Shown here: positions 54,116 through 63,311 of the stretch, one piece after another | Layout of the letters: each line of letters opens with the position of its first letter | Position numbering within the stretch: the first letter of the stretch is position 1 | Virus record (IMG/VR): IMGVR_UViG_3300035670_000119 | Location: 21,906 to 85,905 of that record | DNA from: a virus | Strand: one strand, 5' to 3' | DNA length: 64,000 nucleotides | Notes under the pieces: generated by a model | Database searches by the model: none | The model's input: the letters and a program-made list of their open reading frames with translations, nothing else | What the model was told of the DNA's origin: nothing | Made by a program: the position numbers and the translations under genes

Positions 54116-55135
54116 ATGACTACTGCCATGACGACCAAGAAAACTGCTGCGCTTGCAACCAGGAGCCTCGATTCTTTCAAACTCTTCCAATCCAAAGAAT
54201 TTGTCTCTGGATACCAAAATCTGGTTACTATTCAACCCCTTAACAAATCCAAAGTCCGAGGTTGGTTTGTGCGGAAATCAGACCTGGACACTTGCGGATG
54301 GAGTGCCACTGAAAATCAATTTGCTAAAGGTTCAGTTATCTGGGACTACAAACAAACTTTTGGTATGGCTCCCAACACTTCAATTGAAGAAGGACTTAAT
54401 TTTACTGAGCCTCGTTTGCAAATCCTTTTACGTTCTCCCCTCATGGTTGAGGAGACAACAGGGATGAGGCAGACGATCGGAACCTTTGAGGATCCGGAAG
54501 TCAAAGCCATGTTTGATAACGACAAAGTAGCCGCTGATCTTGCCAACAGCAAAGGTGAGATGTACAAACGTAAGTACAGCGTACGCACAAAGTACCTGGT
54601 CTACATCCTGACCGAAGACAACAAGCGTGCACATAAGATTCCTATGGTGCTTACACTCAAGGGTCTTAATGGCACGGATGTCAGCGACAAAGTCAAGCTG
54701 TACGAAAAAGAGATGTCCAAGTGCCTGAGCAAGGCGCTGGACTCTGAGGTACCCCTGGCATTCAACGAGAAGTTCTATGCCACCACGGTGTTTGTTCCCG
54801 TACTTGCCAACGAGATGCGTGGTGCAAACAACGTGGAGATCTGTGCTATCGAATCGTTTGAGATTCCGGATTACAGCACGCAAGATGAAGCGATTAATTC
54901 GCTTAATCGCCTCAGCATTCCTGATGAAGATCGTGAATCAACCTGGAAATTCCAGGAGATGTTCAGCGATTACATCAATCAGCATGCAAGACAGGATGCA
55001 CAGAAGCTTGGTGGTGCCTATGGAATCAAGGAGGGTGTTGAAATTCTCCCCGTTTCTCGTACCACGGATGCAGTAGATGTGAAAGCATTGCCTGCCCGTG
55101 ATCCTCTGACTGGTGAGGATGATTCACTCCTTTGA
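54116..55135 (+). CDS. Hypothetical replication-module protein (possibly cyanobacterial DUF5895-like)
   Basis: 339-aa ORF; family assignment tentative. Confidence 0.6.
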   Translation: MTTAMTTKKTAALATRSLDSFKLFQSKEFVSGYQNLVTIQPLNKSKVRGWFVRKSDLDTCGWSATENQFAKGSVIWDYKQTFGMAPNTSIEEGLNFTEPRLQILLRSPLMVEETTGMRQTIGTFEDPEVKAMFDNDKVAADLANSKGEMYKRKYSVRTKYLVYILTEDNKRAHKIPMVLTLKGLNGTDVSDKVKLYEKEMSKCLSKALDSEVPLAFNEKFYATTVFVPVLANEMRGANNVEICAIESFEIPDYSTQDEAINSLNRLSIPDEDRESTWKFQEMFSDYINQHARQDAQKLGGAYGIKEGVEILPVSRTTDAVDVKALPARDPLTGEDDSLL

Positions 55136-55333
55136 TTTCTGCATGTAATTCTCTTGCATGAGATCCATAGCATCAGAGACCAATCCTTTGATTGCTATTT
55201 GACGTTGTGTAGCGATCTTGGTCAACAAGGTCGCTATTTCTTTTAGCTCACTTACCGAATTACATTCATTGATTTGACGTATCATCTTTTCTTGCCAGAA
55301 AGAATCTTCTGGTGAGATTTCAAATTTCAACAT
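55124..55333 (-). CDS. Small helical protein, weakly NblA-like
   Basis: EISPEDSFWQEKMIRQI...LKEIATLL...IKGLV; TAGAAT upstream. Confidence 0.45.
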   Translation of the reverse strand: MLKFEISPEDSFWQEKMIRQINECNSVSELKEIATLLTKIATQRQIAIKGLVSDAMDLMQENYMQKSKE

Positions 55334-55412
55334 GTTATTCAATTAGTTTGTATCATTCTACGTACCCATTTAAACTTGACCTGATTCCACTGAATGTGTT
55401 AAGGATTACAAA

Positions 55413-55616
55413 ATGAAACCTGAAGACAAAGCAGCTCTCAAGGTGGGAGGTGCCACAGCCCTGATTGTTGGTACCATTGCGTTTTGCATACCAAACCCCG
55501 CTGCCTGGGCGGCAGTGATCTGGGGATCGTATAAGATGGGTAAGCAGGCCAGGGATCGAGAGATCAGCCGGCAGGCCAAGCGTCACTGGTCTGCGGACCA
55601 GGACAACACCATCTGA
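55413..55616 (+). CDS. Small membrane protein
   Basis: Hydrophobic hairpin. Confidence 0.6.
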   Translation: MKPEDKAALKVGGATALIVGTIAFCIPNPAAWAAVIWGSYKMGKQARDREISRQAKRHWSADQDNTI

Positions 55617-55624
55617 TTCAAACC

Positions 55625-55789
55625 ATGCGTAAACTATTCCAGCTCTTGTGGATAGGCCATGAACACAAATGGAAGATCATTGAAGAAAGTAGTTTTCAAT
55701 ACGAAGGTAGCTTTAGTAGTTACCGATGCATTCGTTACTACCTTCAATGCGAGGTATGCGGTGATGTAAAAATACGCGACATGCGTTAA
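55625..55789 (+). CDS. 54-aa zinc-ribbon-like protein
   Basis: Manual translation ...GHEHKW...QCEVCG. Confidence 0.55.
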   Translation: MRKLFQLLWIGHEHKWKIIEESSFQYEGSFSSYRCIRYYLQCEVCGDVKIRDMR

Positions 55790-55814
55790 CAACCAATTCA
55801 ATTTGATTTAATCC

Positions 55815-56765
55815 ATGACAACTCAACTTCAACAACAAGAATTAAATCCTGCGCAAGCTCTAATCTACACACGTACTAATATCAGTCGTGCATTCCAGGG
55901 GTTTGATGACACCGAAATTGCTGGCATTTATCTGCGAGGCGATGATTGTCTTGTGGTGCGTCGCGATGGTAGTGAGCAGACTTACCCAAGGGAGCTAATC
56001 AAGCTTGCCTTTACCAATTACACTAACCGTCTTAAAGATTTCTTTTCTTACCTTGGTCCTAATTATCGTGGCCCTAGTGTATGGCACAACAATGCTTACA
56101 TTATGTTTAAGGGCTGGCACTACACGCACGCACTCGGACACCTGACTTCCAATGCAAAACTACAAGCTCACTGGGCAGACAAATTTATACACCTATCAGA
56201 CTCCAACAAGCTCATCACCCTCCTTCAATCTGACCAAACGGACATTGGACATCTGGTTGCGCCGGACGGGTTGCGGCTTACGAATCGGCCGATTGATTTG
56301 GACTCTGACATGGAGGAAGAAGGGTCAGGTGTATCGCCCGTCACTCCTGAACCTTATTGCTCATGTGGGTCCTTTCAGCGTCAGCTTCTTAATGTTTCAG
56401 AATTTCAGGCTGAGATCCAGGGATTCAAACCCTGGTGCATCCACCTGAGTTGGTTCAACAAGTACAGAGAGTTGCTGTGCAAACGCACAGAAGCACGTAA
56501 CGCCAGTCCCAGTGGCACACCTGAGAAGTGCGTGGCCTGGTGGTATGCACCGCCTAAGGACTCAATCAGTGACGGACGCTTTGTATTGTTGTATACAAAC
56601 CATGGAGCACAAGCTCCTCTCAGTCACTGGCGTACCTACAAACCTAACGAAGTGTTTACTCAGCACCATGCATGGGATCTGTTTTTCAATATGATGGAGG
56701 CTTCCTACGTACCATTCCCTGGAATTTCATTACCTCAACTCAAGTCCGCAATCAAGAAACAATGA
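55815..56765 (+). CDS. SWIM zinc-finger domain protein
   Basis: YCSCGSF...WCIHL. Confidence 0.7.
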   Translation: MTTQLQQQELNPAQALIYTRTNISRAFQGFDDTEIAGIYLRGDDCLVVRRDGSEQTYPRELIKLAFTNYTNRLKDFFSYLGPNYRGPSVWHNNAYIMFKGWHYTHALGHLTSNAKLQAHWADKFIHLSDSNKLITLLQSDQTDIGHLVAPDGLRLTNRPIDLDSDMEEEGSGVSPVTPEPYCSCGSFQRQLLNVSEFQAEIQGFKPWCIHLSWFNKYRELLCKRTEARNASPSGTPEKCVAWWYAPPKDSISDGRFVLLYTNHGAQAPLSHWRTYKPNEVFTQHHAWDLFFNMMEASYVPFPGISLPQLKSAIKKQ

Positions 56766-56965
56766 TTGAAAACGAAATTGATTACAAAACTGAATACCAC
56801 CGTATTGCCCATACTGTGAGCAAACACTTTCCCGAATGTGAAATCACCACACTTGATATGGTGAAACTTTTAATCCATGAAAACAACACGCTTCGAATGG
56901 CCCTTAAGATTCCAATTGCTCGTAATGTACTCTGGCGTATAGAAACTGATGACAATGACGGATGA
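56762..56965 (+). CDS. Hypothetical protein
   Basis: ATGA coupling. Confidence 0.55.
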   Translation: MIENEIDYKTEYHRIAHTVSKHFPECEITTLDMVKLLIHENNTLRMALKIPIARNVLWRIETDDNDG

Positions 56966-57443
56966 CATCTTTGGCTACGCACGTCTGGTCCCTCACTCCC
57001 GTTTGTGGAAGAGCAGCTCGATGACTGATGACACCCTTGAATACGCACGTCAACTTGTTGCAAACCAACCCATGAAACTTCCAGCGCATCGCAACTACCA
57101 TCTTGAAATTCCTGATGATTTGCATTGGGAGTTAGTCAGGCTTGGCGCAGAACTTAAGATGGACTATGAAGTTTATGCAGAAGAAATTCTTAAGATGCAC
57201 GCAGAAGATGCAATAAGTAAACGGATTGTTGCCAGGGCATACAACGATCCGAGCTGGGTGTACAAACTCAACCTTGAATGTATTGAAGAAGAAGATGGTT
57301 CCATGACCATTCACATCGAGTGGGATGAAAAGGATCCTGATCTTCAATACTGGACAAACCTTGGGTCCAAGGGGCAGGAAAACCTTATACTGACTGCGTT
57401 GCGCTCCGCTTGCAACTCTGTTTTATCCAATCATGACAATTGA
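56949..57443 (+). CDS. Hypothetical protein (possible ribbon-helix-helix segment)
   Basis: YHLEIPDDLHWELVRLGAE; internal MTDD...YAR duplication. Confidence 0.55.
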   Translation: MTMTDDIFGYARLVPHSRLWKSSSMTDDTLEYARQLVANQPMKLPAHRNYHLEIPDDLHWELVRLGAELKMDYEVYAEEILKMHAEDAISKRIVARAYNDPSWVYKLNLECIEEEDGSMTIHIEWDEKDPDLQYWTNLGSKGQENLILTALRSACNSVLSNHDN

Positions 57444-57849
57444 CACCTACGGCCTCACCACTGAACAATACACTGAGTTCTTCCATAAGAACTTAAGGTT
57501 TGCTGCCAAGCTTTACCTTGATACCTGCAACATCTTGAGCAGTGAAGGAGTCGGCAATGTTGACTTCAAAACTGTCTTAGATATGTACCAGGAAGCTGTG
57601 TACACAACCAATGATGACTGCCGTCGTTATCAAAAGAGCAACAACCCCGAAGCTCTGAAGGAAAACGATGTGTATGGCGTTGTTTCTTCTCGCGAAGAGC
57701 TTACTCAAATGATTGAAACATTGGTAACTTACACAGAGGCTCTTGATGCCAAACTTGAAGCACTGACCGAGTACGTCAACAACCTAGTCACTGTTACCAC
57801 AGCAGGTCTTGAGGGTATTGCCACGACCCTTGATGACAAGGTAGACTGA
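57433..57849 (+). CDS. Hypothetical coiled-coil protein
   Basis: 138-aa ORF. Confidence 0.7.
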   Translation: MTIDTYGLTTEQYTEFFHKNLRFAAKLYLDTCNILSSEGVGNVDFKTVLDMYQEAVYTTNDDCRRYQKSNNPEALKENDVYGVVSSREELTQMIETLVTYTEALDAKLEALTEYVNNLVTVTTAGLEGIATTLDDKVD

Positions 57850-57874
57850 CCACGCACAAGCCTTGCAGGGTCGC

Positions 57875-57901
57875 CGTCCTGGTCATGACGTAAAACTGAC
57901 C
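57875..57901 (+). promoter_or_regulatory. Pseudoknot leader motif copy 8
   Basis: CGTC-CTGGTCAT-GACG-TAAAAC-TGACC. Confidence 0.7.
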
Positions 57902-57924
57902 GCCACTTCAACTCACTTCATCCA

Positions 57925-58038
57925 ATGTTTGAATTCATTTGTGCCGCCGTGCTTCCGGTGATCAAAGATTTGCTTTGGGCTGCAGCCGGCGCGCTGTTGA
58001 CTTATTGCATGAATAAATTAACAAATAGTTGGGCATGA
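57925..58038 (+). CDS. 37-aa membrane peptide
   Basis: Manual translation MFEFICAAVLPVIKDLLWAAAGALLTYCMNKLTNSWA; canonical spacing from the leader. Confidence 0.6.
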   Translation: MFEFICAAVLPVIKDLLWAAAGALLTYCMNKLTNSWA

Positions 58039-58247
58039 ACAAAACACATGCAATTAAGTTCTATACAAAACTTGCTGGGCAATATGGTTTCAAATTGATC
58101 AGATGGAAAAAGCATCTGGTATTTCGCAATGACCAAGGCAAAACTTTTGTTGTGTCTTCCACGACATCAGATCCTAGGTCAATCAAAAATCACTTCTCAG
58201 ATCTCAAACGTTTAATTCAAGACAATGACTCAGATCACACAAGCTAA
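58035..58247 (+). CDS. HicA-like protein
   Basis: LAGQYGFKLIRWKKHLVFRNDQG..VVSSTTSD.R. Confidence 0.55.
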   Translation: MNKTHAIKFYTKLAGQYGFKLIRWKKHLVFRNDQGKTFVVSSTTSDPRSIKNHFSDLKRLIQDNDSDHTS

Positions 58248-58938
58248 ACTAAAAGACTTATCCATCATCAAGCTTTACGAACACTACCGTGCTCTTGAGC
58301 AATCACTGCCTTTACTTACTCCTGAGTCCCAGGAGCTGGCTAAAGCCGAGCTGGAGTCTTGTGCCAACCTACGGTCAGAAAAAGTTGATCGCGTTTATTA
58401 CGCCATGGCGGCGCATGAAGACGCCCTGGAACGCATCAAGAAAGAAGGGGATCTCATCACGCAAGCCAAGCGTCACCACGAATCCCAACTGCGGTCGCTC
58501 AAGGGTCTGTTAAATTATTTGCGTCGGGTCCTCCCTCAAGACTCGAACAAAATCACAGGCCGTAACTACCAGTTCACCCTTGTTAAAAAGAAGGACCTCA
58601 CAGTCGAAATCTCCTCGGACCCGGAGTTTTGGCACACTGAAGAAAGAGAACTTTATTGCGTTACAGAAGAAGTCACCACAACAAAGCGAGTTGTGTTACG
58701 TTCAATGTCAGGAGAGATCCTTGATGAAAGGATCGAACCCAAAACAACAACTAAAGTCCTCCCTAATCTCGATGCCATACGCAGCGCCTATCAAGAAGGC
58801 AAGCACCTCCCCACTGGAGTCAAAGTCCTCCAGGAATATTCCGTCCGATCAAAACGAATCTTTGCAGAACCTAAGCTGGACATGGTTTCATCCGAGTATC
58901 CAGGAGAGCTTCTACCAGAAGATCCAGGCTCCGACTGA
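58225..58938 (+). CDS. Siphovirus Gp157-like protein
   Basis: IKLYE...EKVD...IKKEGDLI..AK...LRSLKGLL...PNLDAIR..Y..G..PTGVK. Confidence 0.7.
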   Translation: MTQITQAKLKDLSIIKLYEHYRALEQSLPLLTPESQELAKAELESCANLRSEKVDRVYYAMAAHEDALERIKKEGDLITQAKRHHESQLRSLKGLLNYLRRVLPQDSNKITGRNYQFTLVKKKDLTVEISSDPEFWHTEERELYCVTEEVTTTKRVVLRSMSGEILDERIEPKTTTKVLPNLDAIRSAYQEGKHLPTGVKVLQEYSVRSKRIFAEPKLDMVSSEYPGELLPEDPGSD

Positions 58939-59185
58939 TGCCGAAGATGCACGCATCAAGATGAGTTGCCATGAGCATGCTATCAAAGACTTTGATCTTC
59001 AACTGGAGATGAATGGTCTGCAAATGGCTATGCTCATGGAGGAAGGCAAGGTGCTGGACTATCACATGAGTGAGTACGAAGACCTTGAACAAAAGAAACT
59101 CAAGCTTCTTGTTGGCAAACGATTCCACCAGAATGCAGCCAATGCATATTGGTATCACATGCAACGAGAAAAAGCTGGTAAATAA
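58862..59185 (+). CDS. Hypothetical protein (start uncertain)
   Basis: C-terminal part of the 58580 frame looks coding; TTG 58862 or ATG 58961. Confidence 0.5.
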   Translation: MQNLSWTWFHPSIQESFYQKIQAPTDAEDARIKMSCHEHAIKDFDLQLEMNGLQMAMLMEEGKVLDYHMSEYEDLEQKKLKLLVGKRFHQNAANAYWYHMQREKAGK

Positions 59186-59219
59186 ACTGCAATACAATAG
59201 TTAAAGCAACAGGAGTTCC

Positions 59220-59483
59220 ATGGGCGGTGATCCAGTTTTAAACAAACTTATTGCTGGGTTTACCCAGGATGGAACTCCTCTTTCGGCAACAATTGGGTCA
59301 AAGATGGAACATGGTGTTGTCATCCTGACAGCAGCCATGCTTGCCAATGAAAACCTTGCATCCTCAATGGATGCAGAAGAGATGGTAGATGCTGCCATTA
59401 ATTACTACAACGTTATTCAACAACGTCTTGGTTATTACCAACAGCATCAAGCACATTCATTAGAACGTTTGCTGGGTAGTTGA
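59220..59483 (+). CDS. Hypothetical protein
   Basis: AGGAG SD, TACAAT upstream. Confidence 0.7.
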   Translation: MGGDPVLNKLIAGFTQDGTPLSATIGSKMEHGVVILTAAMLANENLASSMDAEEMVDAAINYYNVIQQRLGYYQQHQAHSLERLLGS

Positions 59484-59484
59484 A

Positions 59485-59763
59485 ATGGCCCTAAATAAAA
59501 ACTACAACGCTGAAAGCGCTTGGAATTATTTGGGGACAGGTTTGTTTGATGGACGTGGCGCCTATGACTATGCCGTAGCACCAAGTCATTTGCAAGAGTT
59601 TGCAAGAATTACAAGAATGCCTAGCTTTCCTCAAGTTGGAGATGGACGTGCACAATATCGTTTTGATCCTGGGCAGATAGATAAGTATTTATTAGCAATC
59701 AACAACTATCCAGAAGTTGCACTTAACAATACGTTGGCTGGAAAATTTACAAAACTTTTTTAA
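59485..59763 (+). CDS. Hypothetical protein ending LAGKF
   Basis: 92-aa ORF. Confidence 0.65.
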   Translation: MALNKNYNAESAWNYLGTGLFDGRGAYDYAVAPSHLQEFARITRMPSFPQVGDGRAQYRFDPGQIDKYLLAINNYPEVALNNTLAGKFTKLF

Positions 59764-59819
59764 TGCCGCGTGCCATATCCTAATTTGTTGCTACAGTAAT
59801 TGCACCCTTACAACAAGGA

Positions 59820-60014
59820 ATGGAACCTGTTTACACAACCAAACTCACAGTGTCTTTTGCTATTGACCTTGAGGTGGAGTACAACTCTTTTGGTGGCAAA
59901 ACCGTAGATGAAATTGCTACGGCACTCCAAGATGATCTAGATGATCTATTATTTGAACTCCCTCACGTAGAGGGTGTTTACACAACCCTTACTAACCTTG
60001 GCTTCAATGACTGA
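59820..60014 (+). CDS. Acidic hypothetical protein
   Basis: AAGGA-ATG. Confidence 0.6.
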   Translation: MEPVYTTKLTVSFAIDLEVEYNSFGGKTVDEIATALQDDLDDLLFELPHVEGVYTTLTNLGFND

Positions 60015-60285
60015 CGATCTTGCTACCAAACTCAAAACCGCTGGTGCTTTTGATACGCCTTGGCTGAAAAAACAACTCCAGAGCTGGAACGTAATCGCTG
60101 AGCAAAAGAAAGCCGACTTCATGGAGCACATGTACAAATGCTCAGGTCGGACCAACGGGCTCTACACTGGTCTGTGGCAAGACTTCTGTATCCGTGAGGC
60201 AGGTCCTATTATGCGTGAGCGGTACTTTGAAATGATGGAAGCAGTCCGTCTGTACGAAGAGGGTTTGCTCGAGCCTATTTCTTAA
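60007..60285 (+). CDS. Hypothetical protein
   Basis: FMEHMY..SGR.NGLYTGLW pattern. Confidence 0.65.
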   Translation: MTDDLATKLKTAGAFDTPWLKKQLQSWNVIAEQKKADFMEHMYKCSGRTNGLYTGLWQDFCIREAGPIMRERYFEMMEAVRLYEEGLLEPIS

Positions 60286-60348
60286 GGTTTACACTGAACC
60301 CTACTTTTGTTTAGGGCATGCCACTATGGTGGTATGCCTCTTTTACTT

Positions 60349-60726
60349 ATGGACACTTCACAAGAACCTGTGGATACCATCAAGCAATGGCAAGACTGGT
60401 ATCGTAAACACCGCATCGTTGCCGAGATTGATGTCCCCTTAGTCACCAAGGAGTCTCGTGAGAATCTACATGAGACATCTAATGCAACAACTACCCTAGA
60501 CGGTAGCAACAATCTACTAACTGACTACTGTAAAGCTATGTCTTTCCAAAAAGCAAAAGAGTATTTTGCAGACACCGTCGCTGAGTTTGCCAATGAACTT
60601 TCGGGTAAAGAACTTTACAAAGCCTTTTATGCTGCTGCCATGGACAACATGGAATGCGTAGAAAAGGAATACAATAAGGCCAAGCAACTCGTTGACATGC
60701 TGCGTTGTAACAATGTCGCGCCTTAA
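60349..60726 (+). CDS. Hypothetical protein
   Basis: ORF track frame; ATG after hairpin. Confidence 0.65.
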   Translation: MDTSQEPVDTIKQWQDWYRKHRIVAEIDVPLVTKESRENLHETSNATTTLDGSNNLLTDYCKAMSFQKAKEYFADTVAEFANELSGKELYKAFYAAAMDNMECVEKEYNKAKQLVDMLRCNNVAP

Positions 60727-60967
60727 AGATCCCGACTACCCCACCTGGGTATGTCATACATGTGGCCAAGACTATGGCACTTGGTATAAAAAAGGTTCTT
60801 ACATTGGGCCTCCATACCACTGTGCTACTTACCACATTGGAACATGCGAGGTGTGTGGTGCAGAAAAAATTGCTGTAACTGAACCACGGGACTATGGACA
60901 TTTAGAAGGTGAGTGGAGGGCTGCGATAATAAAGAAAAAAGAAGAGAAGTCTAATGCCGGTTTATAG
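60713..60967 (+). CDS. Zinc-finger protein
   Basis: WVCHTCG...ATYH.GTCEVCG...TEPRDYG. Confidence 0.65.
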   Translation: MSRLKDPDYPTWVCHTCGQDYGTWYKKGSYIGPPYHCATYHIGTCEVCGAEKIAVTEPRDYGHLEGEWRAAIIKKKEEKSNAGL

Positions 60968-62276
60968 AGAGTCAGGTGGAACAATCCTGTACGACGTTGT
61001 AAAAGTACAGACGTGTAGTGGACAACCGCTAGAGGTAACGTCTTCTCCCAGCTCAAGCCCTGTAGTTGTTACAACTGCGGGCACACCAGCGGGTGATGCC
61101 TTTGGTCGTGCACGTGTATCTGAACCGCTTACACTCTTTGATTCCAGCCATCGTTACCAAGACAATGGACTGTGGGCTACTGCTACCGGTACTGGATCTG
61201 ACGCAACGTTTGATGCTAACGCTGGTCTCGTAAAACTCAACGTACCCACCACATCTGGTGCATACGTCAAGCGGGAAACCAAAAAAGTGTTTGCGTATCA
61301 GCCAGGGAAATCCTTATTAGTTCTTTCAACGTTTACATTGAATGCTGCTAAAACCAACCTGCGTCAGCGGGTTGGTTATTTCAATGATGACAATGGACTT
61401 TATGTACAATTAAACGATTCGACTCTTAGTTTTGTTGAGCGTAATTCTGTAGCTGGGACGCTGGCTGAAACAGTTGTTAATCAAGCCGATTGGAATATAG
61501 ATAAATTAGATGGCACTGGACCATCTGGTTTGACGCTTGACATTAGCAAAGCGCAAATCTTCTGGATGGATATTGAATGGCTAGGCCTTGGCACGGTCCG
61601 CATAGGCTTTGTTATCAACGGTTCCTTCATTCATTGTCATTCATTCCATCATGCAAATATAATTGGCGGAACGTATATCACCACAGCGTGTTTACCTCTG
61701 CGCTACGAGATTGAAAATCTTGGGACTACTGCAAGCGCCAGTACATTAAAACAAGTTTGCTCTACTGTTATTTCAGAAGGCGGCTATGAATTACGCGGTA
61801 AACAAAACGCTGTTGGAACTCCAATTGATTCACCGCGAGATCTAACGGCAACAGGTGTTGCTTATCCTGTTGTCTCGGTGCGCCTGAAGAGCAGTCCTGA
61901 TCGCCTTGATGCAATTGTCGTCCCAACTGCTGCAAGCATCCTAGGCGTTGGTAATAATGCTTTCTTTGAATGGAAGCTGCAAAGTAACGCCACAACATCT
62001 GGTGGCACATGGACCAGTGCTGGTGATTCATCTGCTGTGGAGTATAATCTCAGCGGCGTTAGCTCCAGTGGCGGTGTAACTCTTGCGAAAGGATACGTGT
62101 CGTCTACTACGCAAAGCACCAACGCAATTGATATCCTAAAGGCTGCATTGTTCCAGTTTCAATTGCAACGGAACGGTTTAACAGGAACTCCGGAAGAATT
62201 TAGTATCTTGATGCAAACAAAAACTGCTGGTGATGATGTTTATGCATCGCTTGACTGGGAGGAAATCAGTCTCTGA
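60954..62276 (+). CDS. Beta-rich probable virion structural protein
   Basis: DAFGRARVSEP, YQPGKS, DIEWLGLGTVR..F, LPLRYEI, terminal WEE motifs seen in phage structural proteins. Confidence 0.7.
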   Translation: MPVYRESGGTILYDVVKVQTCSGQPLEVTSSPSSSPVVVTTAGTPAGDAFGRARVSEPLTLFDSSHRYQDNGLWATATGTGSDATFDANAGLVKLNVPTTSGAYVKRETKKVFAYQPGKSLLVLSTFTLNAAKTNLRQRVGYFNDDNGLYVQLNDSTLSFVERNSVAGTLAETVVNQADWNIDKLDGTGPSGLTLDISKAQIFWMDIEWLGLGTVRIGFVINGSFIHCHSFHHANIIGGTYITTACLPLRYEIENLGTTASASTLKQVCSTVISEGGYELRGKQNAVGTPIDSPRDLTATGVAYPVVSVRLKSSPDRLDAIVVPTAASILGVGNNAFFEWKLQSNATTSGGTWTSAGDSSAVEYNLSGVSSSGGVTLAKGYVSSTTQSTNAIDILKAALFQFQLQRNGLTGTPEEFSILMQTKTAGDDVYASLDWEEISL

Positions 62277-62302
62277 TAAACTGGAATTACTGATTAAAAA
62301 TC

Positions 62303-62866
62303 ATGTATACTCCTGGTCCTCAAACGCAACAACCACCCCAGATGGGGGTAGAACCACTCAATACTGGAGTAGCTCCAGAGCCTCAGCCCAAGCCTAAAGC
62401 TCCTGCCAAGAGCAAGGGGAATGATGTGGGTGGCTTTATCCAGCAGTTGATTGCACTGATGGCTTACGTGCATCAGCTTCAGGTGCAGGCACATTTACTC
62501 CACGCCAACTACGAAGGTCCAAACTTTTTTGGTGTTCATAAATTTCTGCGCAAACAGTACGAAGCTCATCTTGAGCAATTTGATGCATTGGCTGAGTACA
62601 TTCGTTCTCTTGATTATCTTTTACCGATGTGTCATAAAGGTTTGATGGCTGCAAGCCCTGAATTCAAACATTGCACCTCCTATAAAGGTGCTGAAATGCT
62701 TGGCGTGTATTACAAGAATCTTGAAGAGCTAGGCATGAAAGCTAAAAAACTAGAATCAATAGCTCAGCAAGTAAAAGCTATTGATGTGGCTAATTATTTG
62801 GCAGACGTCGTTGGACAATCTTTTAAAGCTGCTTGGCAAATTAAAGCTACTCTTCGGAATCCTTGA
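62303..62866 (+). CDS. dps: Dps/ferritin-like protein with P/Q-rich N-terminus
   Basis: AHLLHANYEGPNFFGVHKFL..QY.....FDALAEYIRSL. Confidence 0.8.
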   Translation: MYTPGPQTQQPPQMGVEPLNTGVAPEPQPKPKAPAKSKGNDVGGFIQQLIALMAYVHQLQVQAHLLHANYEGPNFFGVHKFLRKQYEAHLEQFDALAEYIRSLDYLLPMCHKGLMAASPEFKHCTSYKGAEMLGVYYKNLEELGMKAKKLESIAQQVKAIDVANYLADVVGQSFKAAWQIKATLRNP

Positions 62867-63302
62867 GATACAATATTGCATTTGATAACAAAGCAATGTT
62901 ATCGTTTAGCATTCCAAGTGCAGTATTACATTTAACACAAAGCAAACCTCTTACTTTTCCTGTTGTATGACAGTGATCTACAGATAGTAAATTACGGGTT
63001 ACGCATGGGTTTTTGCAAATTTTACAAACACCATTTTGTTTTGCATACATTTTTTCATATTGTTCTAAAGTAATTCCATACCTTTTAATCCACCGTTCTT
63101 GTTTCTTTTTTAAATTTAAATTATGCCAGTGTTTTAAAGAGGCTTTGCGATATATATCGGGATTTGTTTTTCTGTATGTATTGTAATAATCTTTTGCACA
63201 TTGTTTACAGCGTGCTTGTTTGCCATCTTTAACTCTTGATTCATTGTAATATTCATCAAGAGATTTTTCAATTCCACATTTTGTGCACTTTTTAGTTTCC
63301 AT
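62847..63302 (-). CDS. Endonuclease VII-like (homing) endonuclease
   Basis: CTKC...CKQC, RYGITLEQY, CKIC, VDHCHTTGKVRGLLCVKCNTALG; AT-rich. Confidence 0.88.
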   Translation of the reverse strand: METKKCTKCGIEKSLDEYYNESRVKDGKQARCKQCAKDYYNTYRKTNPDIYRKASLKHWHNLNLKKKQERWIKRYGITLEQYEKMYAKQNGVCKICKNPCVTRNLLSVDHCHTTGKVRGLLCVKCNTALGMLNDNIALLSNAILYLKDSEE

Positions 63303-63311
63303 TGTGAATTT

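Noticed and set aside
36185-57901. Pseudoknot motif as a phage RNA-polymerase promoter or pistol ribozyme
   Set aside because: Compensatory changes favour structure over sequence recognition; no RNAP gene in the window; pistol P2/P3 and GU site absent. Not formally excluded.
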